Source: the human T2T-CHM13v2.0 reference genome, Homo sapiens | Reading direction: 5' to 3' (one strand) | DNA length: 64,000 nucleotides | NCBI RefSeq assembly: GCF_009914755.1 | Contig: NC_060934.1 | Part shown: positions 17,024 through 31,710 of the stretch, one piece after another | Layout of the letters: every line of letters begins with the position of its first letter | How positions within the stretch are numbered: the stretch's first letter is position 1 | Made by a program: the position numbers and the translations under genes | Notes under the pieces: model-generated | The model's database searches: none | What the model saw: only the letters and a program-made list of their open reading frames with translations | What the model was told of the DNA's origin: nothing

Positions 17024-17339
17024 TTTTTATTTATTTACTTTTTTTTTTTTTTTTTTTTTGAGATGGAGCCTTGCTCTGTCGCCCAGGCTGGAGTGCAGTG
17101 GTGCTATCTCGGCTCACAGCAACCTCTGCCTCTGAGTTCAAGCGATTCTCCTGCCTCAGCATCCCAAGTAGCTGAGACTATAGGCACCCACCACCATGCC
17201 CGGCTATTTTTTTGTATTTTTAGTAGAGAGGGGGTTTCACCATGTTAGCCACGATAGTCTCGATCTCCTGACCTCATGATCCGCCTACCTCGGCCTCCCA
17301 AAGTGCTGGGATTACAGGCGTGAGCCACCGCGCCCGGCC
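17024..17339 (-). mobile_element. Alu (AluSc-like)
   Basis: Alu match; TSD tcaaactc. Confidence 0.95.
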
Positions 17340-17798
17340 TCAAACTCATTTGCTAAACAATATAGTATCCAGTAAGTACCAGATGTTCCCAGAGCTTCCA
17401 TGCATTCAGACAAGGAAACAGGGAGCCCCTCAGAGTACTGCTACAGGATCCCCAGCTTCCTTCTCTCCCTGAGCATGTGGGAAGGCCAGACTTCCTGTGC
17501 AGTTAGTTGCAGACTCATGAATCAGCTTTGGGAAATGGAATATGTGTCTACGTGGCATCCTCACTACTGGCTGGGCCACACAATATCCCACACTGTGTCC
17601 CCATCCTTTAAATGACTTAAACCCAAATCCTTCCACAACCTCTTTTCCCTGTCTGACTAAGAAGCAGAGGGCCCTGAGATAGGAGAACACAGACAAAATT
17701 TGAGGAAGAGCTGTCTTGCAAAATTGCGTGACCTGAAAAACAGTTTATAAGAGCAAAAAAGAAACTGTGATGATGTTAAGCCACTGCAACTTTAGAGG

Positions 17799-18092
<294 letters not shown>

Positions 18093-18369
18093 TTTAGACG
18101 TATTTGTTACAGCAGCGTCTCTAACTCGTGTCTCCTTAGTTCGCCTGACAGGTCTCCTGCAGCTTCAGTGTGCGGCTGAAGGCCCTTCTCAAGGACTGGG
18201 TCTCTCCCTGTGGTAGGGTTCTCCATTTAACATGGTCATGGTTCACGGTTTCATGTACCTGATAGGCAATCATCACTCCGTGTTGTTTTTTTTTTTCTTT
18301 TTTTCTGAAATAAATGAGGCTTTGGATAGATGCCTATTTCTATTATGATGTCAAATTCTTATATACCAT

Positions 18370-18715
18370 AGGTCTTTCTCTGACCACAGCAGATTGCTTA
18401 TCCTGCACATGGGACATGCAGGAAATGCTAAGGAATTAATAGGAGCAGCCCCCAACCAACAAGGGACGGAGGTTGGTGGATATATAATGTCTCAGCTTCC
18501 CTGCTGCGGGGAGACAATTGTCAGATACTCTCTGCATATTTGCTCCACAGCAGGACTGCGCCCAGTGGCTCAGAGTGGAAACCCTCTCTTCCTTGCTTTC
18601 CTTCCCACCTTCCTTCCCACTCCTTCACTGTACTTGTCAGGATCACTTCCCAAATAAATGACTTAAACCCCAACCCTTGCACAGTGCCCTGCTTTTGCAA
18701 GAGGCCAAACCCACA
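18370..18715 (+). mobile_element. ERVL-class LTR (LTR16-like)
   Basis: Terminal motif cacttcccaaataaatgacttaaacccc...cttttgc...ccaaac. Confidence 0.55.
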
Positions 18716-20191
18716 GAAGGGAGTTAGCATTCATTTTGCTCATATGGGAAGAATGCAGTTGAATGAATCACGTGGGCAGCCTAAAATTTTTAAGCTTGTG
18801 AATTCCAGTTCTGTTCATGGTTCTAGTACATGAACCAGCAAATCAGGGTCACCTTACTTATCTAATATTTGAGGGAACTGGCAAGGAATAAGTAATAATC
18901 CTGAAATTATTTGCAAATGCTAAATACCATTTTTAATTAATAAGCAAAAACTACAGTCTTTAAAGAGTGTTTTCTGGTTAAAAGCAAAGCCCATTCAGCA
19001 TATTAAACTTGGAAAACAGAGACAAACCCAAAGAGAAAAATAAAATGTCCCCATTATCCCATGGCAGCTTTAAAAATTTAAGTGTACAGCCTTTGGGTGC
19101 TTTTTTTCCCCTCTGTGTATATATAGGTTAGCAAAATGAGATCACATTGTATAAAGAGTATTGTAACTTGATTTGAATTTACCAAAAAAACAGATGTGTA
19201 GCTTTCAGTGGTACTCCGGATATATTTTAGAGAGTTCTCTAATCCTTGAGTCTGCAGGATATAAACTGATGTGCCATATCCATGTTGTACTTCATTCCAT
19301 CCCAGGACCACTTGCTAGACTCACATAGAAATATGCAAAGGTCAAAATGAATTTATATTTATTTAGCAAACTCAGTGAGATCAGGGATTTTCCTTTTTCT
19401 ACTTTGTTATAGCCAGAGTTTAGAACAACGCTTCACACAGTATGCATTCAATAAATATGTATCGAATAAATACATGAAACAACAAAGCAGCTAACACCAT
19501 TTTACTGACTGGTTTAGGTCCACTTGTAGTCAATGTGAAGCCAAAATCAGTGTCCAGTAACAAGCACTTTTATGAGCACTGGTTTTCTGGGATGGCTGCT
19601 TATTGCGTTTTCTCTACTTTATTCCCTTAGTCATGGGTCAGACTTTCCTGCTATCAACAGCAATCAAACCCTGCCATTTCATAGCAACCTAAGGCCCCCA
19701 AAACAGGGTGGGGTTTCCCAAGAGCAAGGCACAGCTCGTTCCTATTGCTGGAACTCTCCCTTCTCTACAAAAATATCGTGTCCTCATAAGTCATTCACAC
19801 CAACTTCCATTTGTCAAGATAATTGGGGACATTTTACAATGCTGTAACCTAGATGTTATCGTGGAGACTCGCCCTGTTTCCAATTTGCAATCTTCAGGAA
19901 GGTGGCCATGCGCCTGCCATTCAGCAGGGCCACGGACCCACTGCCAAAGGACTCATGGCTTGCAGTGTCACTGACCCTCACCATCCTAAGATCATCCGAG
20001 GTGAGGCGCTGAACACAGAGCCTCAGGCAGCCCCTCAGTTCTCTCCTGCAAGTCCAGACAAGGACTTGCTGGTTTATTTCACTTAGATTCTTGCCTCTTG
20101 GGGGCTTTGAGAACATGGAGTGGTATTGACATAACCTTAGGGATCTATCTCTGTGACCAGCTAAATGCAATTGTCACCATTTTGATTAGTC

Positions 20192-20210
20192 GGTGACGTC
20201 AGACGTCACC
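20192..20210. promoter_or_regulatory. Palindromic double CRE/ATF-like site
   Basis: GGTGACGTC-A-GACGTCACC, with a full TGACGTCA at 20194-20201. Confidence 0.4.
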
Positions 20211-20246
20211 TGGCTAAGCTGGCTCCCCACTGAAAATGTGACTCTG

Positions 20247-20577
20247 GTTTTTTGTCCTTGCGATAGTTTGCTGAGAATGATGGTTTCCAGCTTCATCCAT
20301 GTGGGAATTGAACAATGAGAACACTTGGACACAGGAAGGGGAACATCACACACCAGGGCCTGTTGTGGGGTGGGGAGATGGGGGAGGGAGAGCATTAGGA
20401 GAAATACCTAATGTAAATGACGAGTTAATGGGTGCAGCACACCAACATGGCACATGTATACATATGTAACAAATCTGCACGTTGTGCACATGTACCCTAG
20501 AACTTAAAGTATAATAATAAAATATATATATATTTTATATATATATATAATATATATATATAAAAGAAAAGAAAAAA
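20247..20577 (+). mobile_element. 5'-inverted (twin-primed) short L1PA4-like element
   Basis: Inverted L1 segment 20247-20302, direct 3' end, (TA)-rich tail; perfect 15-bp TSD GAAAATGTGACTCTG at 20232-20246 and 20578-20592. Confidence 0.92.
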
Positions 20578-21134
20578 GAAAATGTGACTCTGATACAACG
20601 AGAATGCTTTCATTGAATTTTAACTTCAAGGACAAGTGGGAAAACTTGGCTTCGGTGAACCGGCTGCAAGTGCAGTATTCCATGAGTGTGGCACGTTTCA
20701 AACCTTAAACACCCCTCCAGGCTGGGGGGCATAGATGATAGGTGCCCAGCCAGCCCTTCCTCTACTACAATACGTCCTCTCACTTTTAGGTGGTATCTTT
20801 CATTTTGTTTTGGAAAAATTAGCTTCATGCCATGAGCTGAATGGTAGTACCGTGGGGAAGGGCAAAGAGAGCTGATTAGCCGCTTTGTCAACAATAAAAT
20901 CCCCTTCCAGCCACTTCTGTAGCTCTAAGGAGCCATCACAGCGCATTGAATGTGGTGGAGACTCATTCACAGTCAGTTACATTGAAGAGAATAAGCCATG
21001 GATTGCTGTATTGTCATAGTTGCCTTTTTATTGTTTTTGGAATAAAGGTAGCCCAGTACTACAGCCCTGAAAAAACAAACAGCAAAATAAGTAATTACTG
21101 TCTTACCTAAGCCAGACGGAAAATAACATATTCC

Positions 21135-21553
<419 letters not shown>

Positions 21554-21765
21554 TTAATAATTACACATAGAACACATTGATAACATTGATATAGTTAGGC
21601 GTGGCATTCCATGTAGATTACTAATTTGCAATAATTAGAACGCAGAGTCCCAGGTTGACTGACACATGGCCAGCAGTGTCGGTGCTGGGGAGAGCAGAGG
21701 CAGGAGGCAGAACAGACAGCAGGCGGGCTGGGCCAGTGGGCACAGACACAGCCGACCCTGAAGCG

Positions 21766-21926
21766 TCCCGTGCCTCAGTTTCCTCCTGCATACAGGAAGC
21801 TTAGATAATTGCGGAGGAATTGTCAGGTTCTAAAATGTTTTGAGGAACCTAAACACAGTAAAATACTACACAGAGACATTTAAAAACTAGGAAGGATAAG
21901 AAGCCACTTTAATAATACATTTCACC

Positions 21927-21927
<1 letters not shown>
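21766..21927 (+). repeat. Paralog of window positions 2-163
   Basis: Colinear, roughly 85-90% identical by eye over the first 125 nt. Confidence 0.92.
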
Positions 21928-22236
<309 letters not shown>

Positions 22237-22279
22237 TTATTCCATTGACATCATAATTTAGGATAAGTAGCTGACATAG

Positions 22280-22693
<414 letters not shown>

Positions 22694-23180
22694 TAGTATG
22701 TGAACACCATGTAACATTCAGCTGCCCGGAGCCCTCTGCCTGAAGTTCCAACATTCTCTAAGCTGCCCGTAGCCACAGCAGAGTCATAGTGGAGTTTTTA
22801 TCTCTACTGAGGCAAGGCTAAAGCTCTAAAACAGACAATATATCTCTTTGCCTACGAAACCACCCAGGAGAAAGAAAGCACTATCTGCAATAAAAGGGCA
22901 CTGTTTTGCAGGTTCCTGGCATAAAGGCAAGGGCCCTGCTCTGGGAGGTCAGAGAACCTGGATCCAAGCCTTCAACAAATATATAGTCAGCATCTGTGAG
23001 GTGCCAGGCCCTATGGGGAGCCCTACATCATGCAATTCAAGCGAAAGAAAAACCCTGTCCACAAAGAATTCACAGTTCAGAGTGTGAGGCTGGCAAGTAA
23101 ACAGCCCCAAAGTACCACGTGGGCCATAGGCATTAGAAGGCACTAAGTACGGGGTGCCCTGGTACCTTGTGGGGTTAGGG

Positions 23181-23396
23181 CAGGGGTGTCCAATCTTTTG
23201 GCTTCCCTGGCCACATTGGAAGAAGAAGAATTGTCTTGGGTCACACTCAAAATACACTAACACTAATGAAAGCCGATAAGAAAAAATAAATGCGAAAAAA
23301 TTCATGTTTTAGGAAAGTTTACAAATGTGTGTTCAGCTGCATTCAAAGCCATCCTGGGCTGCATGCGGCCTGTGGGTCACAGGTTAGACAAGCTTG
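23181..23396 (+). mobile_element. MER30 (hAT-Charlie MITE)
   Basis: caggggtgtccaatcttttggc...gacaagcttg; 8-bp TSD ggttaggg/gtttaggg. Confidence 0.88.
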
Positions 23397-23680
23397 GTTT
23401 AGGGGATTTTCACAGAAATTGTGCCAGGGTACATGACTGCCATGCTGAGAGGGACAGACAGAAGACTGGGGTGGTGGTGGCAGGATCAGTGTCTGGAATC
23501 CGGCTTGTGGTGGAGACGGCTGTGCGTGTCTCCTCCTCTCCAGATGGGAGCAGGACATCTCACGGACTCACGGGCTACTTCGGGCAAATTTTACCACACC
23601 TGGGCCTCAATGTCTTCATCCATGAAAGAGGGATGAATAAAATGATTCCTTTCAGACATGAATGTATGAGAAATTCTTAA

Positions 23681-24392
<712 letters not shown>

Positions 24393-25185
24393 AAGAACTC
24401 ATTCATTAAAATGCTTTTCCTCTTTCCCACTCAAAAGATGATGCCTTGCATTGTTTGCCTTAAAAGTTAAAATTAAGATAAAGACTTAGCACTAGACTGG
24501 GAATTAAGTGCCCACATAAAACCAAGTTATTCATCAGTGTATAGAACTTGTTGTTCATATAATGAAATTACATTTTGCAAACCCTGTTTAACTTTATGCA
24601 ACCAGAGTATCAGAAAAAAAAAAACAAAAACAAAAACTAGCCAAAATGCTGGCTAAGTGACTCTGGAGACAAGCATTACAGGAATCCCAAGGACATTCTG
24701 ATACAAACCAGACAACTGTATGTAGAGGATGATCTATTGGAAGTGGGCTGGGTTTGTGCTTCAATACTTTGGGAGCTGCGGCCTTGACTTGGAAAGGTCT
24801 CCTTGGAAACGTGTCAGGGAGGCAGCCAAAAGTGGGGAGAAGGCTCATGTGGAAACCATGTCGTGGGGCTCACAGCCGGGGAGAGTTGGGAAGTCTTGTT
24901 TCCTTTCTTGTGATTATTCCCCAGTGTCTCATTTCCACTTTTAGTTCCCCTCTCTCCACCAAACCCCCCACGCCATTGTCACAGGATTCAGAAGTCGAGG
25001 CCAAGAGAAAAAGAAGGGGAAGTATAGAGAAAAGGAGAGTAGAGACGATCGCAAAAGGAAAGTTGGTAAAAGAGAATTGAGGAAAAGGGCAACTCAGAGA
25101 AGGGAGGAGAGGAGCAGACCAGGCACTGCCTACCAAAATACTGAAAACAAGACTATAAATAATGTGGGTTAAAAAAAAATAGGTG

Positions 25186-25660
25186 TATGTTCATTGTAGC
25201 ACTCTTCACTATAGCAAAGACATGGAACCAACCCAAATGCCCATCAATGATAGAATGAATAAAGAAAATGTGATGCATATATACCATGGAATACTATGCA
25301 GCCATAAAAAAGAATGAGATCATGTCCTTTGCAGGAACATGGATGGAGCTGGAAGGCATCACCCTCAGCAAACTAACACAGGAACAGAAAACCAAACACT
25401 GCATGTTCTCACTCATAAGTGGGAGCTGAACAGTAAGAACACATGGACACAGGGAGGGGAACAACACACACTGGGACCTGTCAGGGGGTGGGGGGTTGGC
25501 AGGAGGGAGAGCATTATGACAAATGGCTAATGCATGTGCGGTTTAATACCTAGGTGATGGGTTGATGGGTGCAGCAAACCACCATGGCACATGTTTACCT
25601 ATGTAACAAACCTGCATGTCCTGCACATGTACCCCAGAACTTAAAATAAAAATTTTAAAA
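25186..25660 (+). mobile_element. L1PA (about PA7/8) 3' end
   Basis: L1 3' UTR match. Confidence 0.9.
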
Positions 25661-26763
25661 CACAGGTGCTTTTGTTTAAGAGTAGAGCAAACTTGTGGTG
25701 TGAGTGCCAGGGATAGAGGAAGGCAGGAATGGGCAGGACGAGCTCCTCCTTGGCTCTCACCCTCTGGGATTAGGGAAATCTAGATTTTCAGAGCGCTGAG
25801 TTGTGCTCGATGGAATTTTTCTTCTTGGGCCCTGAGGTACCTTTATCTTTATGCTAAGCGGTCATATTGATGTCTACGGTCCAGCAACAACAGGAAATCT
25901 TAAGGTTTTGCTCAGCTAGACTTCTTCAGAATGCATGTGATACATTGCTCTTTCTATCCAGAAATACATTTCTATTTCACCCACACTCTCTGCAGGAGAG
26001 TGCATAGAGGGTATTTTGCTCAATCTAGAACATCCATTCAATGTACAAACCTCATATACCTGCTTCCTCAAAGAACATTATGAAGTCTGTATCAAAAGCC
26101 TCCTCTTTTGTAATGGAGTTAAACATTATTTTCGTTCTTCACTTAACCTTGGCCTGTTGAAAACTTGTACAGCAAATGTTAAGGTTTAATAAACGAACAG
26201 AAAATCCTTGAAACTTCTGAATGTGTACTCAAGTACTCTCTGTGACTTCCTGATCTTGATGTCAGAGATGTTTCTTTGCCTGTTTCTTTGTCTTTGTATC
26301 TAAAAGTATAGGAAATATATGGATTTAGAGCACATTATTCCCCGCAGGGCAAATTCTCACCCTTGATCACCCTGGGAAGAAATCTAATACACATGATTCA
26401 TTCTTATTATCGTCCTATGAAGCAAGCAGTGTTCCAGAAAAAGCTCAGTGCAGTCAAACAGCCTTTTATCTGTGATTTATCCAAATAATTTGTTATCATT
26501 TACCCCTTCTATGACATTTATTTTCTCATCCACTGTTAGTATAGATTTTTAAAGCAAAATAAATCAGATATTGAAAAAAGCATAGAGAATAATATAAAGA
26601 ACATCCGTTAGTTTGCCACTGAACTTAAGAGTGAAAACATTTTGCAGATACAACTGTGTATTCCTTACACATCCTCTTGCCACCCGTCTTCCCCCAAGCC
26701 CCATTCTCCTCAGTCTGACTTTATTCCCTGGACACCTTTATATTTTTACTAATACATGTATGG

Positions 26764-27165
26764 GTATTCGTTAGGATAAAGACGAAACTGTTGTAGCAAC
26801 AGAAGTCCAAAATATACCAGCTTGAATAAGATAGAAATGTATTTCTGCTCCAACATTTCCTTTAGGTTCCTTCTTTTTTTTTTTTTTTTTTTTCTCAGTA
26901 CCCACTACAGCATTATCCTTGTCTGCAGGTTTGAGGATGGATCTGCTCCCAGGGAGGGCGAGACAAGTGCACCTAGGTTGCCGGAAGTTGTACGCATCAC
27001 TTCTGCTGGTATCTGTTAGCCCAACCCAGGCCACGTGGACTCTCCCAGATGCCAGAGACCATGAGAAGAAGAAGAGAAAGGGCTTGGAGAAGGATGGACC
27101 ACTCACCATTTGCTGGAATAAACAATACTGCAGTCCTTGTTTTAACACTTCATTTTCATCATGCC
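26764..27165 (-). mobile_element. MaLR LTR (MLT1I/J-like), antisense; hosts the distal exon
   Basis: gttaggataa...aataagatagaaatgtatttc and ggaagttgtacgcatcacttctgct match the MLT1J-type text also seen at 63040-63720 and, reverse-complemented, at 52054-52552. Confidence 0.65.
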
Positions 27166-27182
27166 ACACTGTCGGTAACTGA
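26899..27182 (+). CDS. CRADD: Coding part of a candidate distal alternative terminal exon of CRADD (phase 1; VPTTALSLSAGLRMDLL...SSCHTVGN*), giving a 193-aa product
   Basis: T20-CTCAG acceptor at 26898/26899. The phase-1 frame is open to TGA 27180-27182 and in frame with ORF 26919..27182. 100+93=193 aa matches my recollection of a CRADD isoform length. AATAAA at 27515 and 27569. Confidence 0.65.
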
Positions 27183-27563
27183 ATAATGGCCACCCACAGA
27201 TGTCAGGGCTTATCCCTGGAACCCGGAAATGGTGTTTGCAGATGGGAGTGAAAGCAGGTCTTTGCAGAAGGGATCAAGTTAGGGATCTTGAGATGGGAAG
27301 AATTTCCTGGATTGTCCTGCTAGACACTAAATACACCTTATCCTAATCAAAGAGGCCGAGGGAGGTTTTACTCACACAGCAGAGGAGGAGGTAGAGCTGG
27401 AACAGACAAGGAAGGGATTCTCCCTGAGAGCCTCTGGCACGGGCAGCCCTTCAAACACCTCCATGTGTGCCCAGTGAAACTGATTTCCAACTCCGGCCTC
27501 CAGAACTGTGAGAGAATAAATTGGTTATTTTAAGCCACCAAATGTGTGGCAAGTTGTTACAGG
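27169..27563 (+). mobile_element. MaLR LTR (MLT1D-like)
   Basis: tgtcggtaactgaataatggcc...ccagaactgtgagagaataaa...taagccacc. Confidence 0.85.
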
Positions 27564-28540
27564 GAAGGAATAAAGTTATCTGAGTCTTTCCTTTTTTACT
27601 CAACATTATGATTTTGAGGCCTTTCCATATTGATACATGTAGTTATAGTTAATTCACTTTCTTACACGAACAGGTTAACAGATTTCCAAGGTTTTTTTTT
27701 CCAATTTATCATTATTTCAAAAAAAAGAAAAAGCCCTGCTGCTATAAAAATTCTTGTACATAAAAAAAAATTCTTGTACATGTTGTCTGGTCTAAATGCA
27801 AAGATTTCCCTAGAACATGTACCTGGGAATGGAGCAGTCGGTTTGCAGGGTACGTAGGTCTCTAACTTGAATAGGTGTTTCAATTGTTCTCTGAAGAGCA
27901 GTAGCATATAAGCGTTCTCCTAATTCCCTGACAACAATAGGTATTAACAGACTTTTAAATTATTGCCAGTCCATTGGGCATAAATAGGTATCTCATTGCT
28001 TTTTAAATTTCCATTTCTATCTGTGAAGTCAAGAATCTTTTTCTATTGAGCTAAGCCAGTCCATCAAGACTGGTCCAGGTTTTGAAGACTGGCAAGAAGA
28101 AAGCCTAGACTAATTTATGTTGCTTTCACTTAATTTTACCACCAAATGGGCAAACAATCAGGGCAAAGGCTTAGGAGATAGGATCCACAGGGCACTGCCA
28201 TTAGGCAAGTCCTGGCTATGCCACAGGTGCCTAGTCAACACTATGTCATCGGGTATGTGACAGGCCTGGCATAGCCCAACACACATGTTTATTGCCTTAA
28301 AACAGAATTTTTTAAAATACAGATTTTAAAAATGTATTACTTACTTTGAAGAAATGAGTTTTGATTTTATGATGTTTTTCATATTTTTATCATATCATAT
28401 TTTCTGACCATTAAAGAACCACTGGGATGAGGTTGAAGTAACAAGAAACTTCCCAGAATGGGGCTATGATATCAAAATAATAAGGCCAATATTGAACATG
28501 GTTAGGTGTGTGCAGATAGTATATTAAGAATGCAGATTTA

Positions 28541-28830
<290 letters not shown>

Positions 28831-29059
28831 TATGCAGATTTAAAAAGAAAACTTAAAGGAAAGTCAAGCATGGTGCCACCGAGACGATGACCGAAGCTGG
28901 TGCTATTTAAAAAGGCAAAGTGCTATCAAAATCACATGTGATCTCTACAAAAAGGAAAAGGGGAAAGTGTCTGCATCCTCCTTCATGGGAGACAGAATGT
29001 CTGGTTCTGCTCAGATTCTCAGGGGGTATATTTTTAGATGAGAAGGAGAATACCAAGAA

Positions 29060-30280
29060 TGCATGATCAGCACTCCTGGAATCCAAAAACACATCCCAGG
29101 GGGAATGGCATGGATTAGTGCCATCCTTAAGATGTCGGGGGGATGGTGCAACACCAAAGGTTTCTAGCACATTCCCATCTAATCCACCAGGCAGACCTCT
29201 GCAAAAGCCAGATGGATAAAGAGAGAGGTCAGTGGGCTATCCCTACAAACTTAACCAGGTTGTAACTTCAGTGGCAGCTGCTGTGCCAGATGTGGTAAGT
29301 TTATTAGAGCAGATTACACAGCCCTGGGCACGTGGTACACAGCTATTAACATGACCAACGTACTTCTTTTCATACCCATCAATAAAGGGAATCCAAAGAA
29401 GTTCACATTCACATGGGATGGATAGTAGCACACATTCGCAGTCTTGCCCAGGTTTTGGTTAATTTTCCTGTTCTCCATCGTAATATAATCTGAAGGGTCC
29501 TGGACCATCCGGACACTCCACAGATAATCAATCGCATGGATCCATATATTGGTGACACCATACTAATTGGACCTAATGAGAAAGCAGTGGTAAGTGATCC
29601 GAGTACTGTAGTGAGAAACCTACATTACAGGAAATGTGAGATAAACCCTTAAAGATTCAGGTACCTGCTTCATTTGGGGAGTTTTTAGGAATCCAGTTGT
29701 CTGAGACATGATACAGCATCCTCTCAAAAATAAAGAACAAGACACTGCATTTTGTACATTGTACCATTAAGAACAAAACGCAATGCTTGACAGGTCTATG
29801 GAAAGCAGCATATTCCATGCTTGTCACACTGCTTGAATCTATTTACCTAGAGACACGGAAAGCTGATGGCTCTGACTGGGGTGAGCAGTTAGTTAATGGA
29901 TTCTGTAGCAAGTCCAGGCTGCAGTACAAACAGCCCCGATGCCTGCACCCCAATACCTAGCAGATCTCACAGCCCTAGAATTATCTGTGGTCAAAAAAGG
30001 AACCATATGGACTTTCTGACAAGCCCCTGTAGGAGAGTCACTATGAAAACCCTTAGAGTTCTACAACAAGGCCATGCAAGCTCCCGCAAAGAACCACACA
30101 TCATCCACAAAGCACCCCAGGTGTGCTACCGAGCTCTGGTCAGAACCGAGCATCTGGTCAAGACATATCAAGCGATCATGCAGTCAGAATTGCCATCCTG
30201 AGCTGGGCAAGTTGTAAGGTGGTGTGGCCCCAACAGCAAGGGGGGTCATTGTAAAATGAAAGTTGTACTTGAGACATGGA
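29060..30280 (+). mobile_element. ERVL-class endogenous retrovirus internal (pol/RT) relic
   Basis: Translates to KLNQVVTSVAAAVPDVVSLLEQI (about 29246-29315) and a frameshifted HYIGDTILIGPNE (decayed YIDD motif, about 29540-29580), typical of ERV-L RT. Confidence 0.85.
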
Positions 30281-30314
30281 AGTTCTCAGGAGGAACGCTA
30301 GGCTGCTTTGGATA

Positions 30315-30837
30315 TGAAAATTAATCAAGGTAATACACTTATCTGTATATTAATAAAGAACAAAAACCACATGACCATTTCAAGAGATGCAGAAAAGAGC
30401 ATTTGACAAAATCCAACACCCTTTCATGATAAAAACACTCAACAGACTGGGAATACAAGGGAATTTCCACAACCTGATTACAGTTAAAAGGCATCAAGCA
30501 AAAACCCACAACAAACATCCTTAAAGGTAAAAGATGAAATGCTTCCCCCCAACATCAGGAACCAGAGAAGCATATCTGCTCTCACGACTTCTACTGAATC
30601 TTGCACTGGAGGGTTTGGCCAGGGTAATTAGGCAAGGAAAAGAAAGAAAAGGCATCCAGATCGGAAAGGAAGTAAAATCATCTATTCACAGGTGACATGA
30701 ATTTGAGTACAGAAAATCCTGAAGAATCCACAGAAAGCTAACAAATGAGTTCAGCAAGGTTACAGGGTGCAAAATCAATATACAAAAATCAACTGTATTT
30801 CTACACACTAGCAATGAACTCCAGCCTGCGCGACTCA

Positions 30838-30868
<31 letters not shown>

Positions 30869-31710
30869 GAACGCAGTTTTAAAAAGAAAACTTAAAGGAA
30901 AGTCAAGCATGATCCCACTATCTGAGATGATGACTGAAGGTGATGACCGACCATTTTCTTACTTTCCCCTGAAAATTAAAATAAGAAAACAATTCCATTT
31001 ACAGTAGCATAAAATATACTTAGGAGAATTTAACAAAAGAAATACAAAACTGTGCACTAAAAACTGCAGAACAGTGTTCAGATATATTAAAGATGACCTA
31101 AATAAGTGGAAAGAAATCCTGCATTCATAGACCAGAAGAATTAATACTGTGATGATGGCAATTTTCCCCAAATCAGTCTACAGATTCAACACAATCTCTA
31201 TCAAAATCCTGACTGCCTTTTTTTTCTTTTTGCAAAAACGGACAAGCTGATCCCAAAATTCACATAGAAATGCAAAGGGCCCAAAATAACAAATACAACT
31301 TTGAAAGAAGAAGAACAAAGTGAGAAGACTCACACTTCCCAATTTTAAAACTTGCTACAAAGCTACAATAATCAAGACAGAGTGGTACTTCCATAAGGAT
31401 AGAGATTTAGATCAGTTAAATAGAACTGAGTGTCCAAAAATAAATCCTTACATTTGTGGTTGGGTAATGTTTGAAAAATGTGCTAAGACAATTCAATGGG
31501 GGAAAGAAGAGCTTTTTCAACAAATGATTCTGGGACAACTGAATATCTAGATGAAAAAAAAAATGGATTTGAACCCCTACTTCTCACTATCCATAAAAAT
31601 GAACACAAAAGGGATCAAAGACTTAAATGTAGGTGCTGAAACTGTAAAACTGCGAGAAAAACACAAAAACATAAGTCTCCATGACCTGAAGGGTTAGGCA
31701 ATAGTTTCTT
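30315..31710 (+). mobile_element. L1M ORF2 fragment (decayed)
   Basis: ORF 31320..31550 (LTLPNFKTCYKATIIKTEWYFHKDR) is L1 ORF2-like. Confidence 0.9.
30818..30948 (+). repeat. Local duplicate of about 28785-28905 (Alu 3' end, tail and flank) inserted in the L1
   Basis: 34-nt exact match 28839-28872 = 30878-30911. Confidence 0.9.

Noticed and set aside
26771-27193. 140-aa minus-strand ORF
   Set aside because: It is antisense to the better-supported exon, and its poly-K comes from the T20 tract
31320-31550. L1 ORF2-like 76-aa ORF
   Set aside because: A fragment of a decayed L1M with stops and frameshifts around it
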